From: Candidatus Uhrbacteria bacterium
GTDB lineage: Bacteria > Patescibacteriota > Patescibacteriia > UBA9934 > GWF2-40-263
Direction: 5' to 3'
DNA: 39,586 bases
Assembly: GCA_016205995.1 (NCBI GenBank)
Contig: JACQSJ010000024.1
Coordinates: 1 to 39,586 of the forward strand
Below the pieces are notes generated by a model. The model searched no databases. It was not told the origin of the DNA and saw only the letters and a program-made list of their open reading frames with translations. Below are positions 17,601 through 25,003 of the stretch, piece by piece; the stretch's first letter is position 1; each line of letters starts with the position of its first letter. A program made the translations under genes and the position numbers.

Positions 17601-18761
17601 GGAAAGGGCGTCGTACTTGGTTGTGGCAATGGGGTTGGTGGCGATGATGGACGCAAAGCGCTCCTGGGCGGCTTCCCTGTCCCCGCCACCGGGAGCCTCA
17701 AGATTAAACGGGTTGACCGACTCCGTATCAAACAGTCCTGTGTAGATCCGGTTCATGAGCTGGGAAAGCAAGGTGTTGGTGAACGTCGAGGCAGTCGAGA
17801 GAGCCAGGCCGCCGATCAGATCCCCGGCGTTGGCGATTTCGCCCACACGAATCTGGGAATCGTCGCCTTTGGACTTTTCCAAAGCTCCCTCAAAATCCGC
17901 CTGAAGCGTTTCCGATGGAGTCTTGATGTTTCCCGTCACAAAGTCCGTCACGTCCTTGTAGGTGCTCTCATTGCGCTGGGCAAACTGAAGCAATTTCTGC
18001 TCATGAATTTTCTGGTCAACGGCAATGTTGATGCGCAAGGTGGCCGTCAATTCGTTTTGCCCAGGCTGAAGCGCGCCGGCAAAGCTGCTCAAAATCGCTT
18101 CCTGCCTGCCTTTTGGATCAAGATACTTCTGGTAGGTCGATGCCCCGAAGGCTTCCCAGTTGCTGATGACCTCCATGAAGTCACACTTGGGTTCACTTGG
18201 CTGATATTTCTGTTTGATGCCGAGTTTCAAGGAAAGCTGAAGCGTCTCGCCCAGATCGCCGCTTGGTTCACAAAGATTAAACTCGATCCCTAACTGACTG
18301 GACGATAGCTCCGAAATCGATCCGATCGCCTCCCCGGCCACCTCCAATCCCAACTGGCCAAAGGCTTCCGATGGGGTTTGGTTGTAAAAGAGTGAGTCTT
18401 CCCCAGCCCCACCGGAGGCAATCGCCACCGCTGCTTCATAGGCAAGACGGTTAAGGACGAACTGGGACAAGTTGAGGAGGGCTTGGATGAGCGCAATACG
18501 GAAGGCCGGAGAAAAAATCTTCTCCCCCACGGTTTTCAACGCATTCTTAATTCCTTTTTGCGGACAAGGGCCTCCTGGTGAGGCTCCACACCCCCCCTCC
18601 GCTGCTCCAGCCGCCAGCTCGCCAGCCGTCATGGCCGCGCTATCTTGGGCTTGGACAGGCGCCGAAAATGCCAGCAACCCGACAGCCAAAAAACTCACCA
18701 GGAACAAAGACACCAGTCCTCGTCCCATCCAGCGTTTCTGGTTGCGTGAGAGCTGTACCAT
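8643..18761 (-). CDS. Giant (3372 aa) secreted acidic Cys-rich surface protein with CBM-like modules and calcium-binding loops
   Basis: One uninterrupted 10.1-kb ORF. Signal peptide ending ...AFSAPVQA. A Cys-poor N-terminal region of about 390 aa precedes very many Cys in recurring C-x4-5-GC-x2-Y/F contexts (CDQDNAGCRWY, CSEGDVGCTQLY, CSAQEVGCSLY, CSEQFVGCDSY, CSEEVVGCEGFY, CPAEQNGCRAY). Two carbohydrate-binding-module-like segments lie at about nt 16050-16535 (NPSFEEDEDSDGTPDGW...FVDALQLE) and 14345-14975 (ETFEGGTYEDF...FYLDNVTLKQ). DxDxDG loops are present (DIDGDGSEDED, DIDNDGSYDRD, DRNGDGYAD). Confidence 0.85.
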   Translation of the reverse strand: MVQLSRNQKRWMGRGLVSLFLVSFLAVGLLAFSAPVQAQDSAAMTAGELAAGAAEGGCGASPGGPCPQKGIKNALKTVGEKIFSPAFRIALIQALLNLSQFVLNRLAYEAAVAIASGGAGEDSLFYNQTPSEAFGQLGLEVAGEAIGSISELSSSQLGIEFNLCEPSGDLGETLQLSLKLGIKQKYQPSEPKCDFMEVISNWEAFGASTYQKYLDPKGRQEAILSSFAGALQPGQNELTATLRINIAVDQKIHEQKLLQFAQRNESTYKDVTDFVTGNIKTPSETLQADFEGALEKSKGDDSQIRVGEIANAGDLIGGLALSTASTFTNTLLSQLMNRIYTGLFDTESVNPFNLEAPGGGDREAAQERFASIIATNPIATTKYDALSEFVVCTAEGTINRGLNNCVMDVNFLAAVNRGTAGVPLTVQEAIDEGLLNANWPLIPPDNEAANQDPFCHTYGYCYGNLVKLRKARVLPIGWELAAQRNSESNPATLQEVIDGFNDCTENGTIGPAGAADSNNKWCHLIDPNWVLKYPQTECRAVGNGEIRISTLSPGRNTSCVDAPSCIGEDNDGNCVDGYGYCVQEKNVWRFRGNECPQEYATCLSFTNTETGDTGDFLVSTVNYSVCDQDNAGCRWYRTGKYLEDAGTEDPADDTYEWLATGDDYVLAERDADVNAPTWNGTAWETAGRGAYIYTSGETYTYEQYAYEDRLYLTNNATSCSEGDVGCTQLYPFEQGVYLNTVQNPSFEEDEDSDGTPDGWTPIDSSSIFLDTSTSAFGSTSLRLTPGNSNYVSQIVQAAEHNFYTFSGYFQAQTSGDEVLVQISFLDADGVPLDAAGTSFSGDCTWDAVNDWYEIIEAPSTDDFDRFECLMTTPENTVQILVEVANTPTYATGNLFVDALQLELGEDANIFAEGYSGSPSEVYYQIAPSYLGCTGKPTDPEACDSYAQVCSAQEVGCSLYAPEDGDPSVPAIISELDACPSECVGYATYKQEATDFESQSFPLYFIADSASTCSEQFVGCDSYTNLGSVEAGGEGIEYYTDLRFCLSPDIADATATNKTPATYFTWEGSDNEGYQLQTWSLLQSNYGGATDTFDSCTPSLEPPLGCTPFEETDPELAPCTHIQMNSENEVVCGDSNSAMQDDVWANEACDEHDDIFGNPDCREFFDTEGNIHYRQYSDTISISDECAAYRKDESTACDCQGNVSSDCPIATFGVQEGSGGYWTDQGFCRYYVLPEESVECPAEQNGCRAYTGGAGRNATTILSETFEGGTYEDFAMADLSSFPDEIAISNESVATEGHSLYVLAPSGGTAGIDTVQVYLGPSNIDTYDEDDPTSCTGVVGTGGCDVTNDIDGDGSEDEDCTVLDGEGSCGALTDDLVAGKTFVLEFWAKGSGSLAVTFEEEGGAGSSRNFVDPQNDPLIPDDLTLSGAWQLYSLGPIDTSAYDDFDENAVLRFATGADAEFYLDNVTLKQVEENITIIKDSWVVPSTCDQTPQAVDSPQFYLGCEAYTDHNGNDVDLYQFSDLCSEEVVGCEGFYQTANSESPYTQVYNARCVYSNDLDFTDGDVRTSNVACEIDGVEYCTIIAGQGYCVFDANQAFGGVLPVETVSATERYAVVYGPETVVISGDTPVYIVEDDRYACTSSAMGCQEFGSPTYTQDQSEVESFESVYYINLPADYGTLLCDNEALFCEEWESTQDGNFYFKDPLDKECEYKTSVTMENRSYFGWFRSGTNEPCYWEDIDNDGSYDRDQDEAYLIAGEEFGVWNNGDEDDGDGDAWDYYDGWVAACERKYDLCTEFIDVVDTGGGLNEEGQSYYFTNDELLNEETLTDSQRCNGQVSQKFGCAVFNNTTVSELTYNASASYILSRHADVFYGKEEDALVDPVSCTTEGGGEFTISSANAAVAGTGTTVDLCARRCLYQLQIGDSLTTSSSDTGVASSFSNPVYDASCFVDSDCATLPTYNGEEVSGTCSNVSSIFSLEDDSNEVIKVNRDRSCASWLACESSRTSWNTSTNKYDTICDSINLCVDGQQQGDRAICSAWDESDPTILSAYQYSLRDVSWSGYEYSGNAIPNQLPVELYDQFNVETEAYCNDPDGTPENPEAVPVLNDLGFPIVCSTHTDCSSDTGQACTSDAACVSAGYTQCDTASGTCFYNCEASTQQDYRLVYNAGPCDSTEAGDGNGGSCTVGHCSETGTACADNSDCTEEEDCIVGYYQATGSLNCGNEDCTCNPDNNDPNDQTNPDCTTATSSSLPSVPTPVCDPAQFVCVDELTTDEDARDPCVTNSTTRTCVPVESSSVGTCFNNRCLSDIVDRNGDGYADPLQVDVARDEECRAYPEIDSPYSPDIVETWIEYSGADIEADGEPPVSILPDPGVLSPSSQAALPYGFVNGFQDSNVCALDLQGNVVDCSCSYDKAKYGQGTGYRYFSLASNPDDVPDGICSGGPVSGIPCTDNDDCTLATSSEDQSGICTFLTRVDSIYGWSGYCIERDTSIQTMGSTANEDQACLTWLPVDQLTGATDLYGKYTSAGYAPQNTYYCAEVGTAYNIQTSSIACAEVQDNQCNYGSWANFRDEADAVGSDEPLNPALNNPQAEDDCIAAVFCPEGYFAVMTGCGDQAEVGGVPVDSGQCSALVGDDDCPYFCVPKRSYKVADDETFPAGTECEIPTQRWPTAFSSSSGYVRTPGDIDDYFASSNLTPDISIYVMEPDDFATAYEFYDDCWVQGVVENVPEYYEFASNDEFEYVDGMDEILTLNGTRTKGYRGLDMRYESYFACLTTVQVASNILESDEAFNTYNAAWTDRLYEDQISFPALTGGDTEHLGYSYSTPIIPYGRALDWLDLDAQADPGPHRILMCRDVENVDVIQLPLADGSCDVDDFPASTEEIESSSYFDARAYVSISQSSDIPLVYEDYCEDPSTCSCDDSGDPSDAMCNSDGGNPIECGNFECVGGDFDGTDCTIPEEDAPDACAPGGGYCAGSCQGGPNNGYQCGTDDPNDAVCEPNFCTNTRNCSGESNASMQDCLDLPPVYACRASEPESASGIVQSIGSIASARSRLSQLFGAIYGIVQFSDGYTNIRTADLDSMFEGEGITGEFTLFNEENYVPFSTVYGEWDWDTRGVREDAENHVPVVLSVGECEGTSCYEGSTGKFSVNEVDSGTVEGEGAKRVTVSFYTYADSDQMPIRRIIVDWGDDFASITGDIPWPSGSQSGSITPDNFYKNYRGLSPTSDTQQCSDDADEFGQYTQACSSSYVAFTHDYVCTTGRLEQLIAAGVERECTFDEDGRLINSPCYDGQSCVFQPRVHVMDNWGWCTGTCDSGPDSDGTDGCYTGVTDYETGADQDECDIENCPSENSSSSSCDDNGGGIVNPWINYDGAVYILAE

Positions 18762-18763
18762 AC

Positions 18764-19453
18764 CTACGGCGTGGTCGTGAGATATTCGTCTAAGAGCCCG
18801 GACGTAGAGGCCTCATCAAGGGCTCCGTAAAAAAAGGCTTGCAAGGTCTCGTCGTCAATCTGATCAAGCTCCTCCTGGCTCATGCCTGACTCCAGAAGCG
18901 CGGCGCGAATCTGGTCCATCGTCGCCTGCTGAAAAAACGTCTCCACGTCCTCCTCGGATTCAAACGTCACACTCCCCGCCTCCAACAGGTCGCCTTCCCC
19001 TAGCCCTTCGATAAACGCATCTGCCGCCGACGTCTCTCCGACCGCCTCCACGGAGCCGGCAATCAGGCCGCAATTTTTCCCGGTCGGACAGTTGGGGTTA
19101 TTCCCTGAATAGATTTCCTGTTTGTCATCGAACCCATCTGAGTCTGAATCGGCAATGTAGGGGGAGGTCTTGTACACGTAGAGCTCATCGTAATCGACCA
19201 GGCCGTCCTGGTCGGTGTCTTTTGTTTTTGACTCCTCACGTTCGCGTTCATCGCGCTCATCGGAGGTCAAAAATTCTTCGCCCTTATAAAACTCCGCGAT
19301 CTGCGTCTGGATGGGTCGCATCATGTTGGCGCCAAAGGACTGAGCACCAAACACAACCCCGCCGAGCCCCAAAAACATCAATAGACCAAAAGCAACCTTT
19401 TGCTCGGTCGATAGAGGCGAGGATGGCTTTAATCTCAACCGCTGTGTAGCCAT
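18764..19453 (-). CDS. Membrane-anchored acidic protein with thrombospondin-type-3-like calcium-binding repeats
   Basis: ORF 18764..19474; I prefer the ATG at 19453 (MATQRLRL...). One TM helix (VAFGLLMFLGLGGVVFGA). Repeats DTDQDGLVDYDE and DSDSDGFDDKQE. The stop lies 2 nt before the giant gene ATG. Confidence 0.7.
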   Translation of the reverse strand: MATQRLRLKPSSPLSTEQKVAFGLLMFLGLGGVVFGAQSFGANMMRPIQTQIAEFYKGEEFLTSDERDEREREESKTKDTDQDGLVDYDELYVYKTSPYIADSDSDGFDDKQEIYSGNNPNCPTGKNCGLIAGSVEAVGETSAADAFIEGLGEGDLLEAGSVTFESEEDVETFFQQATMDQIRAALLESGMSQEELDQIDDETLQAFFYGALDEASTSGLLDEYLTTTP

Positions 19454-19498
19454 GACCCTATTATAGCAAAACACCTGAGGTTCACCCAGATGTTTTTC

Positions 19499-20293
19499 TT
19501 ATTTTTTATCCAGCATGTGGGTAAGTTTCACCCAGTTTTCCACAGAAAGCTCCTGAGCCCGAGCCGATGGTGAAAGACCCAGGCTCTCGAGCGCGTGTTT
19601 GACGCGTTGTGAACCGGCAAGCGACTTGAGGTTTCCATGCAACTGTTTACGACGGGAGGCAAAGCCACGCTTGGCCAGGGCGATCACCTTTTCTGGGTCG
19701 ATTCCCCAGCGCAACGGGTCGAGAAGATCGAGTCGCACCACGGCGGAATCAACCTTTGGGATCGGTCGAAACGCGCCGGCGGGGACATTTGTGACGCGAC
19801 GGCACTCTGCATAGAGCTGGCACATGACAGAAAGAAGACTCATGTCCGGTGGCGTAGCAACGATACGGTTGGCGACCTCGCGCTGGACCATGACGACCAT
19901 GCGGGAGGGTTTTGGTTCAATCGTAAGAAAACGACGGAGCAAGTCGGAGGTGATGTTGTAAGGGATGTTGGCAATCAGTTTGTAGGGGGTGGAAAGGTGG
20001 GAAGGTGGGAAGGTGGCGGAGGTGGAAATGTTGAAAGTAAGAATATCCGCGTGAATGACCTCGACGGAATCGGCAAATTTTTCTCGCAAAGAAGGAATCA
20101 GCGACCCATCTGCTTCGACCGCGATAACGCACGCGCCCGCGTTGACAAGGGCTTGTGTCAGCACGCCTGTTCCTGGGCCCACCTCCAAGACGGTCTCCCC
20201 CGGGACAATCTCGGCTGCGTCGATAATCTTTGCGACGACCGTTTCGTCCACCAACCAATTCTGACTAAACGACTTTTTCGCTCGTGGCACCAT
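19499..20293 (-). CDS. rsmA: 16S rRNA (adenine1518/1519-N6) dimethyltransferase
   Basis: QNWLVD N-terminus, SAM motif LEVGPGTGVLT and NIPYNIT motif. 264 aa. Confidence 0.92.
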   Translation of the reverse strand: MVPRAKKSFSQNWLVDETVVAKIIDAAEIVPGETVLEVGPGTGVLTQALVNAGACVIAVEADGSLIPSLREKFADSVEVIHADILTFNISTSATFPPSHLSTPYKLIANIPYNITSDLLRRFLTIEPKPSRMVVMVQREVANRIVATPPDMSLLSVMCQLYAECRRVTNVPAGAFRPIPKVDSAVVRLDLLDPLRWGIDPEKVIALAKRGFASRRKQLHGNLKSLAGSQRVKHALESLGLSPSARAQELSVENWVKLTHMLDKK

Positions 20294-20295
20294 AG

Positions 20296-20883
20296 CTAAA
20301 TTTCTATCGACCCCTGCCGCAGCACCTCTGGATACCCATAGTCGTCGATAGCGACGATGGTCGAGGGGGGTTCTGGCGTGAGCTCTCCTGCATCGAGGTA
20401 GAAATCCGGAGCGTCACCAAGCTGCTGCCGCACACAGGCCACCGAATAACAGGCCTCACCGCCAGCGAGATTCGCTGAGGTTGCGACAATCGGAGCCCCA
20501 AGCCCCTCGCACAGCGCATGCGCAACCGGATGCGAGGACACACGCATGGCCACCGTCCCGTTTCGCACGACCCCGGAAGCCAACCCATCCCCCATGACGG
20601 GAAGGACAAGTGTCAGCGGGCCAGACCAATGCTGTGTCGCCAATGTCTCAAGCCCCCGTGGCATCCCTGCAAATCGCTCAACCATCTCTCGACTCGCCGC
20701 AATGAGCGGAAACGACTTGTCCTGTGAACGACCCTTCACCGCACGCACACGTTCGACGGCTGCCTCACTCCGCGCATCCGCAGCCAACCCGTAGGCGGTC
20801 TCGGTTGGAAAAACAACCACACCCCCCTCTTTGAGGACTTCGACGGCCTTCTGAATCTCAGCTTCTAGATGTTTTTGAACCAC
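20296..20883 (-). CDS. tsaC: L-threonylcarbamoyladenylate synthase, YrdC/TsaC family
   Basis: VVVFPTETAYGLAADA, KGRSQDKSFPLI and SANLAGG motifs. 195 aa single-domain form. Confidence 0.8.
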   Translation of the reverse strand: MVQKHLEAEIQKAVEVLKEGGVVVFPTETAYGLAADARSEAAVERVRAVKGRSQDKSFPLIAASREMVERFAGMPRGLETLATQHWSGPLTLVLPVMGDGLASGVVRNGTVAMRVSSHPVAHALCEGLGAPIVATSANLAGGEACYSVACVRQQLGDAPDFYLDAGELTPEPPSTIVAIDDYGYPEVLRQGSIEI

Positions 20884-21800
20884 AAGACCGTTTTCTTCAG
20901 CCCCTCCTCAAGCGACACCTCCGGCTTCCACCCAAGTTCACGCGCCGCCTTTCGAGAGTCAAGCGCCGAACGCATCACCTCCCCTTTGCAGGCAGGTCCG
21001 TATACTTCTTTTTGTTTAGAACCGGTTAATTGTTTTATTTTCGAGAACAACGAATTGACGGTCGTTTGAACGCCCGTCCCGATATTAAACGTTCCTGTGA
21101 CAGCCTTGTCCATGGCGAGCATATGCGCGCGAACAATATCCCCGACGAATACATAGTCACGTGTCTGTTTTCCATTTCCGTTGATCACAATTTTATCGCC
21201 GGCAAGCATCTGCCTGGCAAACACGGAGATCACGCCGGCATATCCCCCGCGCAGCGCCTGGCGGGGACCGTAGGCATTGGCGAGCCGCAAAACGACATAT
21301 TTCATCCCATGAATACGATGCTCAAAATCCAAATACATCTCAGCCGAACGTTTGGCGATCGCATATGGCGACAACGGTTCTTCCGGTGTCTTCTCCGAGT
21401 ACGGCGGACGCAAGGTGTCCGAATACATCGCCCCACCGCTAGAAGTAAAAACAAACTTCTTCACGCCGACTTTGGCGCTTGCGTGGGCGACGTTGAGCGT
21501 GCCCAAAACATTGACGCTCGCGTCCCCCGGCGGATCTTCCACCGAACACCGAACATCGATCTGCGCGGCAAGATGGAATACCACATCAGGTTTTATCCGC
21601 GAGATAAGTTTTGTCACAGCCTCCCGATCTGCCACCGACATCTTGTAAAACGTCGCGTTGGGGTTGAGGTTCTTGCGCGAGCCGGTCGAAAGATCGTCGA
21701 TGACATACACCTTAATCCGTCGACGGATGAGCGCATCCACGATGTGGGAGCCAATAAACCCGGCTCCACCTGTCACAAGAGCTGTTTTGTATTTCGCCAT
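20865..21800 (-). CDS. NAD-dependent sugar epimerase/dehydratase (GalE-like)
   Basis: ORF trimmed to the ATG at 21800 (MAKYKTALVTGGAGFIGSH...), 5 nt after the prfB stop. Rossmann GxxGxxG motif and a YxxxK-type SDR core (PYAIAKR). Substrate is not assignable. Confidence 0.85.
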   Translation of the reverse strand: MAKYKTALVTGGAGFIGSHIVDALIRRRIKVYVIDDLSTGSRKNLNPNATFYKMSVADREAVTKLISRIKPDVVFHLAAQIDVRCSVEDPPGDASVNVLGTLNVAHASAKVGVKKFVFTSSGGAMYSDTLRPPYSEKTPEEPLSPYAIAKRSAEMYLDFEHRIHGMKYVVLRLANAYGPRQALRGGYAGVISVFARQMLAGDKIVINGNGKQTRDYVFVGDIVRAHMLAMDKAVTGTFNIGTGVQTTVNSLFSKIKQLTGSKQKEVYGPACKGEVMRSALDSRKAARELGWKPEVSLEEGLKKTVLWFKNI

Positions 21801-21804
21801 AGAC

Positions 21805-22894
21805 TTATTTGTTCCCAAGCTCATATCGCAGATATGCTTCCATAAATGGTTCCACTTCCCCCTCAAGCACCCCTTCCGCGTCTGATGTCTCAAAGTTGGT
21901 TCGATGGTCTTTCACCATCTTGTACGGGTGAAGCACATACGACCGAATCTGATTTCCCCACTCGGCCGACTGGTACTCCCCACGCAGCTCGGCTTTCTCT
22001 TCCTCTTTCTCTTTGAGCGCAAGCTGATGCAATTTTGACTTGAGGATCTTCATGGCCGTCTCCTTGTTCTGCTGCTGCGAGCGCTCATTCTGACACGACA
22101 CGGAAATGTTCGTTGGGAGATGCACAATGCGCACAGCCGAGTAGGTGGTGTTCACGCTCTGTCCCCCCTTGCCGCCGCTCATAAATGTATCGATGCGCAA
22201 ATCTTTTTGATCGATCTCGATCTCGGCTACATCTTCAAGCTCGGGAATCACTTCCACAAGGGCAAATGTCGTGTGACGCATCTTCTCGGCGTCGAATGGA
22301 CTGATTCGGACAAGGCGATGCACGCCTGCCTCGCTCTTGAGGTACCCATACGCCCAACGGCCTTCTACACGGAAGGTAATACTCTTGAGCCCAACGTCTT
22401 CTGCCCGCGACTCCCACAAGACCGTCACGCGCCAACCTTTCTTTTCGGCATAGCGCATGTACATGCGCGTGAGCATCTGTGTCCAATCCTGCGCCTCGGT
22501 TCCTCCGCTCCCGGCGTGAATCGCCACAATGGCCGGGTCTCTGTCGTATTCCCCCGCAAAGAGCGTCGCAAATTCCATTTTGGAAAATCGCGCTTGAGCC
22601 TGCGCGAGTTTCTTCTGCAAATCTTCTGCCATCGACACATCCTCGAGCCCCGCGAGTTCCTGCAACTCATCTACCTCTTTGGCAAGCCCCTCCCAGTCAG
22701 CGACTTCTTGCCGCAACTCTGCCGCCTCCTTGCTGATCTTCTGGGCCTGTTCCGCATCATTCCAAAAATCTGGCTCAGACATCTGTGTTTCCAACGCGGC
22801 GATCTGCGTCTTTACGGTATCGAGGTCAAAGTAACCTCCACGTGTCGAGGATCTTCACATGGAGGTCTTGAATGTGTTTAAGAAGTTCAAGCAT
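21805..22894 (-). CDS. prfB: Peptide chain release factor 2, requiring a programmed +1 frameshift
   Basis: Frame 0 runs from ATG 22894 (MLELLKHIQDLHVKILDTWRLL) to the in-frame TGA at 22826-22828. The +1 frame continues DLDTVKTQIAALETQMSEPDFW... to the stop at 21805. The GGQ-loop region (SGGKGGQSVN) and the RF2 SPF region (ISPFD) are present. Confidence 0.93.
22825..22839 (-). promoter_or_regulatory. RF2 autoregulatory +1 frameshift site
   Basis: The minus strand reads GGAGG TTA CTT TGA C. An SD-like element lies 3 nt upstream of the slippery CUU followed by UGA-C, the same layout as the E. coli prfB site. Confidence 0.9.
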
Positions 22895-22980
22895 ATCAGT
22901 CGTCTAACCATGGTAACAGATTGAGCCGATTGGCTAAAGCAAGAACGAGGGTTTCCCCTCGTTCTGTAAGTGCTTGTGTA

Positions 22981-24615
<1,635 letters not shown>

Positions 24616-24906
24616 CTACTCAATGATTGCCATTACGTCCTCCATGCGGATGATCAGAAATTCCTGCTTATCCACCTTCACCTCGTCTGGCGCGTACTTC
24701 TTGAACAACACTTGGTTGCCGACCGCAACGTCCATCGTGGTGCGCTTCCCCCCTTCAAGTTCCCGCCCAGGACCTACTGCAATGACCTCGCCGCGTTCAG
24801 AACGCTCTTTATCGATGGTGTCTGGGATGATGATCCCGGACGCGGATGTTTCCTCCTTTGAGATGGCTTTCACAATAATGTGATCGCCGACTGGTTTGAG
24901 CTTCAT
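24616..24906 (-). CDS. groES: Co-chaperonin GroES
   Basis: 96 aa. MKLKPVGDHIIVK...SGIIIPDT mobile loop. Lies 9 nt upstream of groEL. Confidence 0.95.
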   Translation of the reverse strand: MKLKPVGDHIIVKAISKEETSASGIIIPDTIDKERSERGEVIAVGPGRELEGGKRTTMDVAVGNQVLFKKYAPDEVKVDKQEFLIIRMEDVMAIIE

Positions 24907-24945
24907 AGTGAATTATTTGGTTACGATTTTATGAGAAAAAAGACG

Positions 24946-24972
24946 CTAGCAGTCTTCCTAGAAGAGTGCTAA
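24946..24972. promoter_or_regulatory. CIRCE (HrcA operator) inverted repeat upstream of groES
   Basis: CTAGCAGTC-N9-GAGTGCTAA compared with the consensus TTAGCACTC-N9-GAGTGCTAA. The right arm is perfect and the left arm has 2 mismatches. It lies 40 nt upstream of the groES start. Confidence 0.8.
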
Positions 24973-25003
24973 CGCCTTCATTTTGCCAGGCTTTGCCAGA
25001 GTG

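Noticed and set aside
8643-18761. The giant variable-looking surface protein might be a target of a diversity-generating retroelement.
   Set aside because: No reverse transcriptase gene is present, and I could see no template/variable repeat pair with adenine-specific mismatches in this window. A distant DGR cannot be excluded without a self-alignment.
21030-22881. Plus-strand ORFs of 271 and 253 aa lie opposite the galE-like gene and prfB. Similar shadow ORFs are at 33181..34026 (-), 36297..37070 (+), 37750..38325 (+), 25955..26527 (+), 28861..29526 (+) and 30273..30833 (+).
   Set aside because: All overlap confidently identified conserved genes on the other strand or in another frame, and they have low-complexity translations.
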